From Octopus vulgaris (taxonomy: Eukaryota), in contig OX597814.1 of assembly GCA_951406725.2 (NCBI GenBank), forward strand, positions 126,294,001 to 126,358,000: a stretch of DNA of 64,000 nt, written 5' to 3'. The notes beneath the pieces are model-generated. The model was not told the origin of the DNA. It ran no database searches and saw only the letters and a list, made by a program, of their open reading frames with translations. Each line of letters starts with the position of its first letter. Within the stretch, counting starts at the first letter, position 1. Made by a program: the position numbers and the translations under genes. Shown here piece by piece: positions 37,400-51,365 of this stretch.

Positions 37400-38400
37400 C
37401 ACTGAGAGCTAACTTTACATCAGCTATATTCTGATGTTTAATTAATTTTATAGTTGAGGTTATAGCCTAATTCATCTTTTAACTTCATAACCTATAAGTG
37501 TTTTATTCAAACCAATCTCCTGCCTTGCCACAAATTTCAAGATACTTGTAGAATTCTAATTGATTCTTCAAATTCCAAACTTACTCAGAATTTAATTACA
37601 CTAGGTGAATCTGATTGTTCACTTTTCTTATAAATCTTTCCAGTTTTCTAAAAATTCTCTGCTAGAAACAATTTTTCATGTTCAGTCACATAATACAGCT
37701 AAAAATCAACGGGCCAATAAAACAGTGTTTCTTGTACCACTGAGAACATAAAATCTCATCAAATGAAACTTCTTTTAACTGATGGGCATGGGTGACATAG
37801 TTCAAAAGTTTCTAAGACAAAACAATTGTTGTATGTCTTTAGTTGTTTAAAAATGTTCTCTTGCTATAACATTCTTGTATCACATTTTAAAATATTTTGG
37901 TGGTAATATTACTTGTGGTCCACTCCCCTGTTCTGCAGAGAACTCTTGTATACCAGCTGAGTAGACAACTTTGTATGTTAACCATTAAAGTTACAGCTTA
38001 AACCATATAATCTATGAGACAATTTCAATGTTTTTCTATCAACTCTTTTCATCAGTCTAAGAATCATTCCTGGTCTTTACAAACTTTATGCAAGTGTTGC
38101 AGCAACAGACAAATATTCTATACCTATTTATAGCTAACTCTCCTCTACTTTCATAGTTTAGTTCTACACTACAAGACTTTCTTGAATGGCTGTAAATTTG
38201 TAGCTATTTTTCTTCTAAAACTATTGTTGAAATTCTAAACTCTGCTATAAATGTGATGATATTCTGGTCAACTTTATACAATCTAAATTTATTTTGAAAT
38301 TTTCATCACTTTTAATATCTGTCAAATTGACAAGACACAAGAAAATATTTATTACTTTGAAACTAAATTCAGTGTTAGTTATGAATGTAAAATAAATTAA
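37400..38400 (-). mobile_element. Decayed L1/Tx1-like reverse transcriptase region (tentative)
   Basis: Minus-strand traces in the expected order: WTTSNI (WRPI-like), PVDF, VARQE (GVRQG-like), NIADV (YADD-like). Confidence 0.35.
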
Positions 38401-38609
38401 TTAAAAATGCATTACTTTTCATAAAAATCAACTACTTATTAATTCTTATATTGAGTTGATATGAAAGGACATCATGTACTTAGATTATGTCACTAACCTC
38501 TACAAAAATATATGTAATGTGTACCACACTACACCACAATTCCATTCTATGTTAATGTGGGATATAATATAGGGGAATGTGAGTGTGTGTACATATATAT
38601 GTATATGTA

Positions 38610-38880
38610 TGGTGTAGCTTTGCCCTGCCTAGGGAAGCTGCACTGACAGAGGTGCAACCTCTGATGAACAAGACAGAGTTGCAGGAGCATAGAGAAAACA
38701 TGAACTGTGCAAGTCCAGAGCCAACTCTTTGCCTTCAGTCCCAGTAGACCATCAGTGTCCAACTTGTAGTAGAGTCTTCTGAGCATGCATCAGACTGATT
38801 AACCATAGTTAGATATAGTATGACTCATTTTTTCTCCTCTGTAATGTCCTTGGTCACCTTCAACAATGATAGATGAAAAT
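38610..38880 (+). mobile_element. Second RTE lineage 3' end with C-terminal zinc-finger-like motif
   Basis: RKHELCKSRANS...HQCPTCSRVF*ACIRLINHS matches CPTC.R.FRARIGL.SH of some RTE elements. Confidence 0.7.
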
Positions 38881-39099
38881 TATCATTATGATATATATAT
38901 GTATGTATATGCATGTGAACATGAGTCTTCTTGAGATGATATCATGCATTAGTTATAGGTGAGCATCACCATCATACAGGCAATGTCTTTAGTCTCCATG
39001 TCCAGCCATAGGAAAATATTTCTTTACTTGAAAACAGGCAAAGGTTGGTGATAGGAAGAACTCTCTTGTAGAAAGAAATTTGACAGACACAAAGCAAAT

Positions 39100-39725
39100 T
39101 TTGAGTGACTCACTCTGTCTGATATGTAACTATATTGAGAGACTTATCCTGTCTAATATAACATTAAGTGACTCACAATACTTACCACACAGCAACCTTG
39201 AATGATACACCACAAGTAATACTTTACAAGCTGAATTTCTATATCTGTTTCACTGCAACCTTGAGGAACTCATTCTGTCTAATAAGAAGCAACCTTGAAT
39301 AACTCATCTTATCTATTACTCTTCTAGCTTCAGTGACTCATCTTTTCTATTAGCCCATAAACTTGAATGACTCTCCTTATCTATTTACACTATAACCTTG
39401 GTAACTCACTTTATCTACTATATTACAACCTTGAGTGACTCATCTTATCTATTACACTTCAGCCTTGAGTGACTCAACATATCTATTACCCTACAATCTT
39501 GAGAGACTCACATTATCTATTACACTACAACCTTCAGCAATTCACCATGTCAAATGCATTATGATCTTTTCTGTCTCACCACATTTCTATTACACAACAA
39601 ATTAGAGTGACTTGTCCTAAACTTGATTGATTTACCCCCATCTATTACACTACGTCCATGAGTGACACACCCTATTTAATATGTTACCACCTTGAATGAC
39701 ACATCATACCTATTACTCTACTATG
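39100..39725. repeat. ~34-bp minisatellite, about 18 diverged units
   Basis: Consensus AACCTTGAGTGACTCATCTTATCTATTACACTAC. Period of 34 measured between 39429 and 39463. Confidence 0.9.
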
Positions 39726-41770
39726 TAAAATGACAAAATTTTATAATCCATTGTTTCCTATAACTAACACTATAATTCTGATGTATATAACTATTGAGTC
39801 TTGCACTATGCTCTAATTATGTGCCATTGGGTGACTCAGCTTATTTAAGACATTCAATCTTGGCCAAACTGCTTCAGTACAATGCTATATAACTCTAGGT
39901 AAAACTTACCTCTTCTTACATTGTCCATATAAAATAATACATCACAAATAACAGGAAATTAAAATATGTCAATCCAAACATTATATAACTTTGGGCATAA
40001 TCTATTGTGTTTACAATTGTTGCTACTTGACAATAATAGCTTTTGAATGTCCCTGTCACCTTCTCTTCATTTCACTATGTCCCTTTCTCATAAAAATCAT
40101 TATGGGGAAACAGAAACTTTACTTGCAGCCGTCATTGGGAAAAAGAAAAGACAAATAATCTTGATAAATTTGTACACATTTTTACAATTGTACATTTTTT
40201 TTCTGGAGGGAAGAGTATCGAAAAACCTCTTGATATTAAACTGAACATATTTCTATGAATATCAATCTGTTGAATGAAATATTTGGTGTGTGGAAGATTA
40301 GGGAAGGAATACTTTTTTAAATTTATTTTGCCTTCTTTTTCCTTTTCTTCATGTTCTTCTTTATCATTTCTTACTTTGTTAATCAAGAATAAAGTAACAT
40401 GGGCTGCCCGAGGCATCTTTGGAAGATGACACTACTTATCATGGCATTTGTTTTATCTAATGATTCCTGTTGCTTTCCTTTAGATATATATATATATAAC
40501 TACAAAACAAGAAGCATTTATTTATTAGAAAGTGAAAAGAAAGAGTGGGAGGCATAGAGGGGTGTGAGGTATGAGATAACAATGAGGCCAATAGTGAAGA
40601 GATAGGAAGAAGCTCTAACAAGGTTTGCTATATATTTTGTTCAATAATTACAGCAGTTTCCCATTATTAGCTATCGAAAGCAAATTATCAATATTGCCTG
40701 GAAGTTTGATTTTAGTTGATGTTAATTTTGTACATGGAAGAGATGTAAAAGGAGCAGGTTTTGTTGTAGTGGGACATTTGTAATGGATCGGATGTTTAGT
40801 TTAGCCATGATACATAATGAAACCTTCTTTTCTGTAATTACATATTTACACACGCGAGTATTTCTTCATAAAGTACACATGACAGTCATATCTTGTGTCA
40901 CCCACCTACTGTCGTGTTTATCATTAGTCAACAAAGTAGTGTATCTGGAATCTCTTATATAAATTCCTAGATAGTAAAACTGAGATTTTCAATTCCAGTT
41001 GAATTACATAAGCATTACAAAAAAAACAGTTGGACAGATATTGGTAACTGACAGGAATTGAACAGCTTGTCTTGTTTCACTTGAAATTTAGTGCTGTGAT
41101 TGAGGAGATTCTTCTCATCATCATGCGTGTATCAGAGAGAGAGAATGATACAAGAGAAAAATTAGTAAATTTTGATGGTTTTTTATTATGTTGTATGGTA
41201 AATAAGATTCATGAACCTTATGGAAGAGTTGTCAAGCCAATCACAAAAATAATTGGTGAGACAACAATTGAGAAAGTTAAGCCTTAAAAGAAAGTCTATA
41301 ATCTATTCAAAAAATGGTAACAAACCAAAATATCCAAAACAATTAATGCTTGTGGGGTTTTTTGAGTTGGAAGAGTGTTTTAGAATATCTAATGATTTTC
41401 TGGCCAAGTACTTTTCCTTACAAATATTTCATTCATCTTGTAAAATTTTAGAAGAATCCATAGCAGTGTTTTCTTTCAACTTTTCCTACAATCTAATCTT
41501 AAGTTGAAATTCTTTCTGTTGAATTTGTTTTTCTTTTTATTTCCAACAAAGAAACTCAACCTAAGATTTATTGGCATCGAGGAAAAAATAAAGTTGGATT
41601 TTCATTCTTTTAAGAATAGCATTAGTGTCTTAAATAGGCCAGTCTTCTGATCATGATTGGTTTTGACTAGTCTTTTAATCATAAATGATAACTGATTTGT
41701 ATCTGCTCTAGATTTCATAAATTATGAATTTTAAATTTGTTTATAAGATTGATATTTCTGAAAATCCATG

Positions 41771-41801
<31 letters not shown>

Positions 41802-43027
41802 TATATAGGCATAGCACAATTGGTGAACAACAACTTCATTGGTTATATATTTCCAATGAGCTAGTCACTGATTCACTGCATTTCTGGTGATGTCTGTAAC
41901 TCAGAGCAAAACAAATAATACAGCAGATAAGGACTGTTTCTAACTCAGTGCATAACAAATGAATCAAGGGACTTACATCAAAAAGTCCCATTTGAGAGAC
42001 CCATATGCTATACAAATATATATCAATAAAAGAATTCACACACACATACACTACATACATTACCTTACACTACATTACATTGATTTCCATGCAGTTTTGT
42101 CTATAATATTCCATTCACAAGGTATTGTTTCCAGCCTGGGACTATGAAAGAAAACACTTGTCCAAGGTGCTGTATGGCAGGATTGAACTCAGAACCATAC
42201 GGTGGCAAATTAAACTTCTTAACTACACAATGATGCCTGAATGCTGTGGATTATTTAGAACTAGTTTTGTATAGCATGATGTTCCTTATAAATACAGAGT
42301 GGTTTTATATAGAAAAGGAGTGGTATTTATATTTGAACCTAGTCAAATAGAGTAATGTTCCTTGTCCATAGTGGAGGCTTTAGTGCCTGTTCATTCAGCA
42401 AGTAGTCAAGCATGTTAACCATTCAGTAATCTAGTTTTGCCATACGTATTACAAAAGTAGAAAATGTCCAAACATTAGCAATGTTATCATTGCTATTACA
42501 ACTTTGTTTGCTGCATTGCCAACCTGCTTCAGCTGATAGAATTTTCAGCTTATCTGCAACTTATAATTAATACAGAAAATACAATTAAATCAGCAACTAT
42601 TGTTGTTACATCAAAAGAGTCAGCACTAAACATCTTTTTATCATTGGGAATTTACATTTACAATCTTTTATTGGTTGAAAAATACATTATGTTATAGAAA
42701 CTTTTTTTTTTTATCATTTATTCATTGAACAGCTACTTCACCAAGCTGGGTCTATCTGGTTAGAAACCATAAATATTGTACTTGTGCAAATGCTAGTGAT
42801 GGTTATGTAGGAACAATGCTATAGGCTGGTAGTGGTGGTGGTGGTGGTAGCAGTAGTAGTGGTGGTGGTGGTGTGCTTGTGCTACAGCAGCAATGGAAGG
42901 TTGTAACCAAAGGAGTGAAAATATAGTTGGAAGTGGAACATCATTGCTGTTTTAACACCTTTAAAAGTTCAAGTTTTCTTTTCTTAAAGTTAATGCTTAA
43001 CTAACCTGCTACTCCAATCATAGAATG

Positions 43028-43174
43028 TTAACTCTTAACTTCCTACCTGACCACATAAGGACTGCATCAGTCACCTATCTGTGAAATACAATATCACAGA
43101 AATCATACTAACCTTGTTTACATTCATTTTGAACAAGATGAAGAACTATCTAATGTAAAGATGTTAAGAGTTAA
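43028..43174. mobile_element. TTAA-flanked MITE (piggyBac-like)
   Basis: TTAA CTCTTAAC ... GTTAAGAG TTAA termini. Confidence 0.5.
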
Positions 43175-43915
43175 TATATTTGAAATAGTAATATTGGTGT
43201 TGACAATTTGAGGTGTTTTGCCTAAATCTTTATTTTTCTTGAAATTGTTATAATGTGGGAATATTGAAATACTTTACACTTATTGGGGCACATCAATGTG
43301 GAATAGTTTTACCTGCATATATATATATAATTTAAATAATATATATATGCATATATACATACATATATGTACATACATCTATACATATATACCTATGCAT
43401 ATGTGGGCACAGGACCTCACGGAATGTAAACAATATATAAAAAAATGAAAACATGAGATACGAAATACGAATACATAGAATATGAACCTTTTTTTGCAAC
43501 AATGAATGAAACAAATGGAAAACAAGACAAGTAACATAACGAACGACCCTTCATCAGCTGTCAGCTGTTTTTCTAATCCATATTTTGAGCAATTCAATGA
43601 CAAGATATGCCTTCGATAAAACAGTTGTTCCCACAAAGCAAATTAAATAAAATTTGGGATTTTGCAGAGGGTCAAAATTGGTAACAAAAACAGGACAGTG
43701 AAAACAAACAAGAAGGACTGTTAAGCCTAAACAAGGTGAGGTGGTGAACATGGAGAAGCAAGCTTGGACAAGTGACAGACAAAAAGTGTCCGATTCATCC
43801 AGCTGAATCAGAAGGAAAGAAAGAAACATGAGTTAGGAAAAGAAACAAAAATGGCCAATGGTCATGTGGGAGCCACAAGAGAGCAAAGGAAGAAGAGTGA
43901 GGGAGAGAGAGTGAC

Positions 43916-43958
<43 letters not shown>

Positions 43959-46549
43959 TATGTCTGTATATACACACACACACACCTACTATATCAACTT
44001 TAGAACTTTAGACTCCCTTGAAGGCCAAATACTCTATCTGCTGAAAATCAATATGAAGACAACAATTCCAGATAGTATATCAACATGACCTAGTGTAGGT
44101 AACTTTGGAACAGGAAGTAGGCTTAGTTCCAAGAAAGTGCTAGCATAATTTCTCTTATGATTTATATTAGTAAATAGTTGCAGAAACGATACAAAATATC
44201 AAGCTTATGAAACATTACTTCTCATACTATAATGTAACACATATTTTACACTGATGCAGACACTCTCTAGTTACTTTAGAATATTCAATTCAAGTAATAG
44301 CACACTTTATTTATAATATTGCTAATCCGAAAACAGTGTTAGAGCTTCTTCACGATATTTCTAACTAGAAATATCAGCCAAATTTCTCTCAAATCATGTA
44401 CTATTCTTTTGAAAAAAGAAAATACATTAAATATAGTGACCCTTGATACATTGTGTATGAATAAGAGATAAGATGGGCCATGCCCAGAAAGCACTTGGTC
44501 ATAATATCTACACAATAAGGGCTGACTAAACAACTTTTCCAAATCAATCATTAAATCTCTACACAACCTGTTAAAAATAGTGACCAAATCTTCCTCAATG
44601 CACTTTTCCTTTTCTGTTTTAAAATCAAAGGATACATTAAATAATATAGCCGTAGACATCTGAATGTGCCCCCCCCCCCCCGAACGTCTTTGTTCAAAGT
44701 TATATCTGATTCTGACTGACCTTTGGCTTAACAACAAATTCCTTAAGTAATCCTTAAAATCACCAATTATTGACAGCTCCACAATGTGTAGCTTGTAAAT
44801 ATGGTATTTTCCTAAAATATCAGATTTTTTCAAAATAATACCCTAGCCAGGACTTTCTTCATTCTCATGGGGCTGCTCTCTATTTTTCTACAAAAAAGGG
44901 TGGCATAGTTGGTAAACCATCAGACAATTTGCCTTGCAGATTATTGTTACAACCCTGTTAAATTTCATTATGGTCTTTCTCACCTTCCATATTTTTGGCG
45001 GGGGTTGATAAAATAGATACTAGTTAACTACTGAGGTTGATGTATTCATCTATATCAGCTCTCTCCCCACCAAATTAGATTTTGTGTCCTTGTTCAAAAA
45101 TCGATACTTCAGCAACAGACTGCAAAGTTCTACAATATTTCCTTTCATTAATCGCCCTCATGCATTCATTTTTTAATAATACTACTTAAGCCCTTTCTTT
45201 TGGCAGGCTCAATCATTTTAACTGTTTTGTGACTCTATTTTGAATGAAATATGCTTTTAATAACTGTTTTAGTTAATTTTGAAAATAATCTAGAATTTGG
45301 TTGAATTTATTAATTATTTATTTTATTTTATATTTCTATTATTAAGTTAGTATTTGGAACATAACTAAACAAAAAGGTTCTTAAATAAAATCATGATGAA
45401 ATGTTTTAATTTAGAAATAAAAACACATTGATATGGTATCAAGACAACTGTCCTCTGACAATTTCCTGCCATACAATTTGTCACTGCCTAGACAAATCTA
45501 CATGAGAGCTTCAGTCTACACTACAACTTCAACTTGTGTACAACTTTAACCAACAGCATAGCTTCTTCAAAGGCCCAAAATGGATAATAGCTGATTAACC
45601 AAATCTTCTGCCTCCCAACTTTCTCTCTCTTTCTCTCCCCCTCTCCTCTCTTGCTCCCTCTCCGATCCCCCTCTCTTTCCTTTGTGCCATACCTTGTTTA
45701 GAGAAATTAGCAATCATGGACCACCATGCCAAAGTCTGAAGATCGTCATTTTTCTTAATTCTTAGAAAAAGTACAGCAGTTGCTTCCCATTTCCTTCTGC
45801 TGAGTTATTTAAAGTTTACTCTGCTAATCTCCTGCTCTCCCAAGCTTATTCTTGAAGCACTAGGTCTACTTAAACCTTAGGCAGAGGTACTGATTCATGT
45901 GACATAAAGGGATGTCAACACACCAGTGGGCCTGTGTGTCACATGTTTAGGGGTCAGCCCTTCACTGTATTCTGTATGCCATAGCGACAAGATCATCTTC
46001 ATAACTAGGACCATTGATAGATACTACTATCCCAAGACAGAGCAAACCTAGGAATAATAGTGACAACAGAGTAATTCCATATTACCCAAACCCAAGAACT
46101 CCTGAACTGGAGCTACATCACCAGGATGCAATTTAAGGTTTTGTCTATGACACCATTTGGCCTAGAACCCTTTAAAATAGCTAAGTTTTGTATTCTATAT
46201 GCAGTTTCAAGAGAGTTCTTACCAAAAGGATTAAATAACGTTTCTCTGTATTCTTTCACTGTTATATTTCACCATTCCCCACTGTTGTCTTATATTTCTC
46301 AGGCAGGTACCCCTCCCCAATCTAAACATCTTCTATCATTGATCTTTCAGTCATATCCAGTTTACTTGTTTTCCTTATTTTGAGATCAATTTCATAAGTG
46401 CATTATATAACAATAACAAATGGCAGTGCTTGACAGGTCCTTTTCCTATTCTGTTGCTGCATGTAGCACATGGAGTATGTAAGTTTATACACACACACAC
46501 ACACATGCACTCACACATGCACACACACACACAAACACATACATACATA

Positions 46550-48060
46550 ATTTCTCATTGAACCTCCTGCCGTATCTAATCACAAAATATAGCAACTATA
46601 GAAATGGGCTCAATAACATCTCTCACCTTTTTTTCATTGATGACCTGAAGTTGTATGGAACAAATATTAACCACATAAGAAAAGCAACTGGATCTCATAA
46701 CCCAATTCTCTAAAGACATTGGAATGAAATTTGGTGAGTCCAACTGTGCATTTTGGAGGTAAAACATGATAAACTTTCACCCTCATCCAAGACATTAAAC
46801 ATAAACAACCTTTGAGAAAAGTTACGAATAATTTGGACAGGATGAGAATGTCAAATATGACAGACACATCAATAAGGAGAGGATGAAGAATGAGTATCTC
46901 AAGAGAGTAAAACCATATGGTCATCTGAACTCTCAGCTTACAACAAACATATTACCCACAACACCTTTGCAGCAGTGCCTGTCCTCATGCTGACATTTGG
47001 CCTTCTGAACTAGTCACCACAAGAACTCAGTGAGACAGATGTTTGAACTTGCAAGCTGCTCAGTGTTACAGGAAACTGTAATAGGCTGTATTTTCCGTGT
47101 AAGGATGATAGCCATGGTTTCAAATCTGCAACAGAGGAAAAATACCAATAACTATTTTGCCCACGTTTGTGATCATAAATCCAGCAACATAATTAGGTAG
47201 CTAATGAACTTGAAGAAAAGCATAAAATAAGAATATTGGTAAATTTTATTTATCAAAAGAACAAAATAAAAAATGAACCAGTTCACTGAGATAGTGCATG
47301 AGTACTTGGTACAAAAGATACAAATCATAGAAGGAATCGATCATATCAAAAGCTTGACTGAGAGTACTGTCGAATTTATGACACCCCACTTCGAGGGTTA
47401 ACTCTGTGCAATTCAAGAATAAGAAATTCTCATCAGGTACCTGCTGCATAAAAGGCAGAAAGCATTGACAGACAACAAATGTAGGCTGTGCAAGACCAAG
47501 ACAAAAGACAACTATATTATTTCCAACTGTGAGAGAATGTCTTCCAGATATTATCTTCCCATGAGGCATGTAACAGTCTAAAACAAGATAACAAAAAAGA
47601 AAACACCAACAGACAAACTTGATTATATTTATGACTGATTGGTCAAAAGAATATTGATGGAAATTAAAAACTAAAATAGTCACCAAATTGAAATACAACC
47701 TACCAGATATTGTGTCTGACCACAAGAAAGAGATAAGCTCTGTTGTGAAAATCAGCTGCCTTTTAGATACCAGTGTGATTAGAAAAATACATTGATGTGG
47801 AGTTTGCAAATCCTGTATCCAAAATACACTTTCAACTTCATACCTGTTTAATAACAGGATTTGCAACTTGGGTACAAGATTTGCTAGCTTCACATCAATG
47901 GAGCAACATTATATGTACCAAGCCCTCTAGAGCAAGATATGGTTGAACTTAGGTTCTTGAGGAGAGAAAGCAACTTCTTAATTCATACACTACATATGAT
48001 CACAATCTGGGACAATAAAAATTTGCAAGACCTTCTTAAGATTTAAAGGATGATGTACAA
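46550..48060 (+). mobile_element. R4/Dong-like LINE remnant (RT through CCHC and RLE)
   Basis: ISHLFFIDDLKLYG, QFSKDIGMKFGESNCA, IWSSELSAYNK, LCAIQE*EI, DNKCRLCK, KYNLPDIV, ICKTFLRF in the correct order. Many stops and frameshifts. Confidence 0.88.
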
Positions 48061-50974
48061 AACAAGATGCTTTCCTTTACGACCTTGCTACCAAACACGT
48101 AACCAGTCAAAATTAACTTCAAATTAAAAAGAGAAAAGGAACAAATATACATACATATAGACATATGTACGTATGTATGTATGTTCATACTTATAGTTTG
48201 TATGAAGCATTGTGAAATAGTGTTAAAATTGTTTTAGAAACCTATCACTGTGCATGTTGCAAATAAAAGAGTGGAAACAAAAGTAAAACAAAATCAATAG
48301 TTTTCACTTTCACTTTATATTTCAATATTTCAGCTTTAAATGGTCTTTATTGGAAAAGAAATAGAAACTGAGAATAGGTTTTGCTTCAATCTGCACAGAT
48401 ATATGAAGTGGAATATATAATGTGATATGTACGGACAGGTCCTGTTATATTAGCAATTCAGAGATACACAACACCTGTCTGTAGTTGATGGAAGGATTTA
48501 ATTTTTTTGTTAATAAAGTTAGCGTCCCTAATCCATAAATTATTATATTTCAAAGCCAAAATATTGAAATATAAGGTTTCACACCTTTCTTTCCAACCTA
48601 CATTGTAATAGTTTTCTGAAACTCTTTTAAATATGTGTGTGGATGTTAGAGAGAATGTAATAAACACATAATAAATGCATTTTCTCTTGTTTCTTATGCC
48701 ATTGTATTTCAGAAATGTTCTATGAATAACTAAATTTTATCAATTCTTGGTAATTTAGACTTTAACGTATCCAGTAACTAGATAGAGGCTGTTACTTTCT
48801 TGCACAGTGAATACCTATACATTGTTATTGATTTCGTAGAAAATCCAATTTAACAATTATCTACAACAGCTAATTTTTCTGACATCTCAAAGCCTGTTGA
48901 AAATGTCTCTAACCAAATTTTTTGCTATGTTAGATATATCTGCTATTACTGAACACACTGTAGGTTCTCTGTTCCATTGCTAACATCTGACTTCTATTGA
49001 CTACCCCCAAGTCAGACATCAATTTTCATTCACTTCAACTTGATTTCTTCCACTTAGACATGATTTTTATTCTCAAATTCTGATAATAGAGTCTTCAATA
49101 TCATGATAAGAATCTCACAGTTTTTTGTTTTGTTTTGTTTTTTTGTTTTTTTTGTTTATTGTTTGGTAAGAGGAGGAGGTCAGCACCTGTGACTCTTTGC
49201 AGGACTTCCAAAAGGAAAGGAGGAAGTTGTGCTTAGACTGCAGGCATAACCTGAATATTTGCAACTAAGTAGAGTCTGCTAAGGGAAGTGAAGGGCCAAA
49301 TGGTAGTGCTTAGCTGGGCAACAGATACAATCTACAACTCAATGGAAACAAGTCTCATTCATGCAGTTTTTACTTACCAGTTTTCATTGACAAGGCTATG
49401 GTCAACACTAAATCATGGAAGAAGGCATTTGTCCAAAGTACTGGATAGTGGGATCAAACTCCAATCCAGTTGTGAAGCAGTCTTTCTTATCACCTCTCAT
49501 CAGGAATTGTGTTAATAAGTGAGTGTTGATTAATTCAATTCATGATGATAGGAGATAAGAGGAGAAGAGTTTACATTGTGATGCCTACAAAACAGATATT
49601 TAGGAAGGAAATTAAATTAAATTATGTTAATACCAACCTGCCTGAGGCTGTATCTAATTCTGATAAAAATCTATTCTAAATGTTTGTATTCATATCTATA
49701 TTAATGCCATCCACTTGGGCTGAAGACAGAGTATTCAACACTTAGGGCATATCTACAACAAGCATCCATGTCTTTCAATTTAACAATGAGAGTCTCTATC
49801 AACAATTTTTTTTTCTTTTGCAACATCCTACATCCATCACCCTCATTACAGCAGCTGGAAATGGCAATGAAAAATTATAATTTACTTGCAAACAAGAAAC
49901 CAATAGTTTTATGATAATGCATATCATGGGTAAATTTATTACTGGACAAAATTTGAGATATTTCACACCAAATCATGTGCTCAGTCATAACACCTCATGA
50001 CCTCTCGCTCCTTCACCATCCATGTCTTCTATCATTCTTTGTTCTGGGAGTTATCTTGCCTGCTTGTTCCCTTCAGTATTAAGTTTTCATACTTTTAATT
50101 GGATTAAGAAATTGTTTATAAATTATTTGCAACACTTCCAGCAATTGCCTAGCTTATTTGGTGTGTGGCCCCAGCCCTGCTCCCATTTTGTTACACTATA
50201 TTCCAATCACCAGTTTCATATATTAGCTAATGAAAGTGTTTCTTATTATACCAAATCACTCCAGCTTCTTTATTATTTTCAAAGGTAACTGAAATTCACA
50301 AGCAATGTATCTTATTATAGATACAGTTACAAAATAGTTAAAACATCTACTTTCAAACATGTCTTGTATTCTTCTACAATAGTAAAACAAAGTATTTCCG
50401 TATCTATCTTCTTTTGTTTGAAATATTGACCCTAAATTAGTGAAACTACTGTTTTATGTCTGAAAACACTCTTTTTTTAAACTGTTTTGGGCAGTTTCAA
50501 TCTTCTTTCTTTTATTTTTTAACTTGTGATGTTTTATATTCATTTTTACACTACCTGCATGGGTAATATGGTTTATCTGCTGGAACAATGGTTTTCATAG
50601 ATGGGTACATTTCCTACCACTAGCTACTCAAGTGTGTAATACAGGTATAACCCGTTTATTTGTTCAGTCAGACAAACTAGAATAATTAGAGTTAGGTACC
50701 TTGCTTCGGAGTTACAATACAATAACTCTAGTAAGATCTGAACTTATAACTACGTGGTTCAGTAATCCAGAAACCTAACTTGACAACCGCTATAAGTATT
50801 AACAACTCAGAAATCATTCTGAACAGATCAATATTAACTTAACTATTAGTACTTTCACAAATACTATTTACAACTTACTACTTGCATGTGTACCTCCACT
50901 ACAAATGTAGCATTTGTAGTGGAGGTCACATGCAACCTCCACAACAAATGCCACACATTCAGCAACCATTTGCC

Positions 50975-51365
50975 ACTTGCACTACTGTTACTTTAACAAC
51001 CACAACTATAAACCATCACTCCTACTGCAAACACTGCTGACTACCAGCACTTCAACACCCATTACTACAACCATCATCCTTGCAACCATCACAACTAGAC
51101 TTTCATCATCACAAACTGCATCTCTCCAACCTTTGCCTTTACAGTCCCAACAGAACCACCAACCACCATTACAGTTATCACCACTACAGCTTCCATCATT
51201 GCAACCACTGTTACTACAACCACCATCACAATCCTGAGCATTCCAGTAATCATCACAACACTCAGCACTATACCCAACACCACTAACACCATTCCTGTCA
51301 TCATCACACCACCTGACATCTCTACTCCACAACCAACATTACTACTACAACTACTACTACTACTG
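50975..51365. repeat. Degenerate (CAC/CAA/ACT)n low-complexity tract
   Basis: Trinucleotide periodicity that explains the Thr/His/Val-rich ORFs. Confidence 0.8.

Noticed and set aside
39100-39725. CRISPR-like array
   Set aside because: Inter-repeat segments are homologous rather than unique spacers, there are no cas genes and the context is eukaryotic.
40132-41507. Possible piggyBac C-terminus or LINE ORF1 traces
   Set aside because: Only vague similarity and no diagnostic motif could be reconstructed.
47246-47893. Longest ORF in the track (215 aa, minus strand)
   Set aside because: It is the antisense shadow of the + strand R4/Dong LINE remnant and has no recognisable motifs of its own.
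50977-51332. Mucin-like Thr/Ser or Cys/Gly-rich ORFs
   Set aside because: Degenerate trinucleotide repeat with no splice signals identified.
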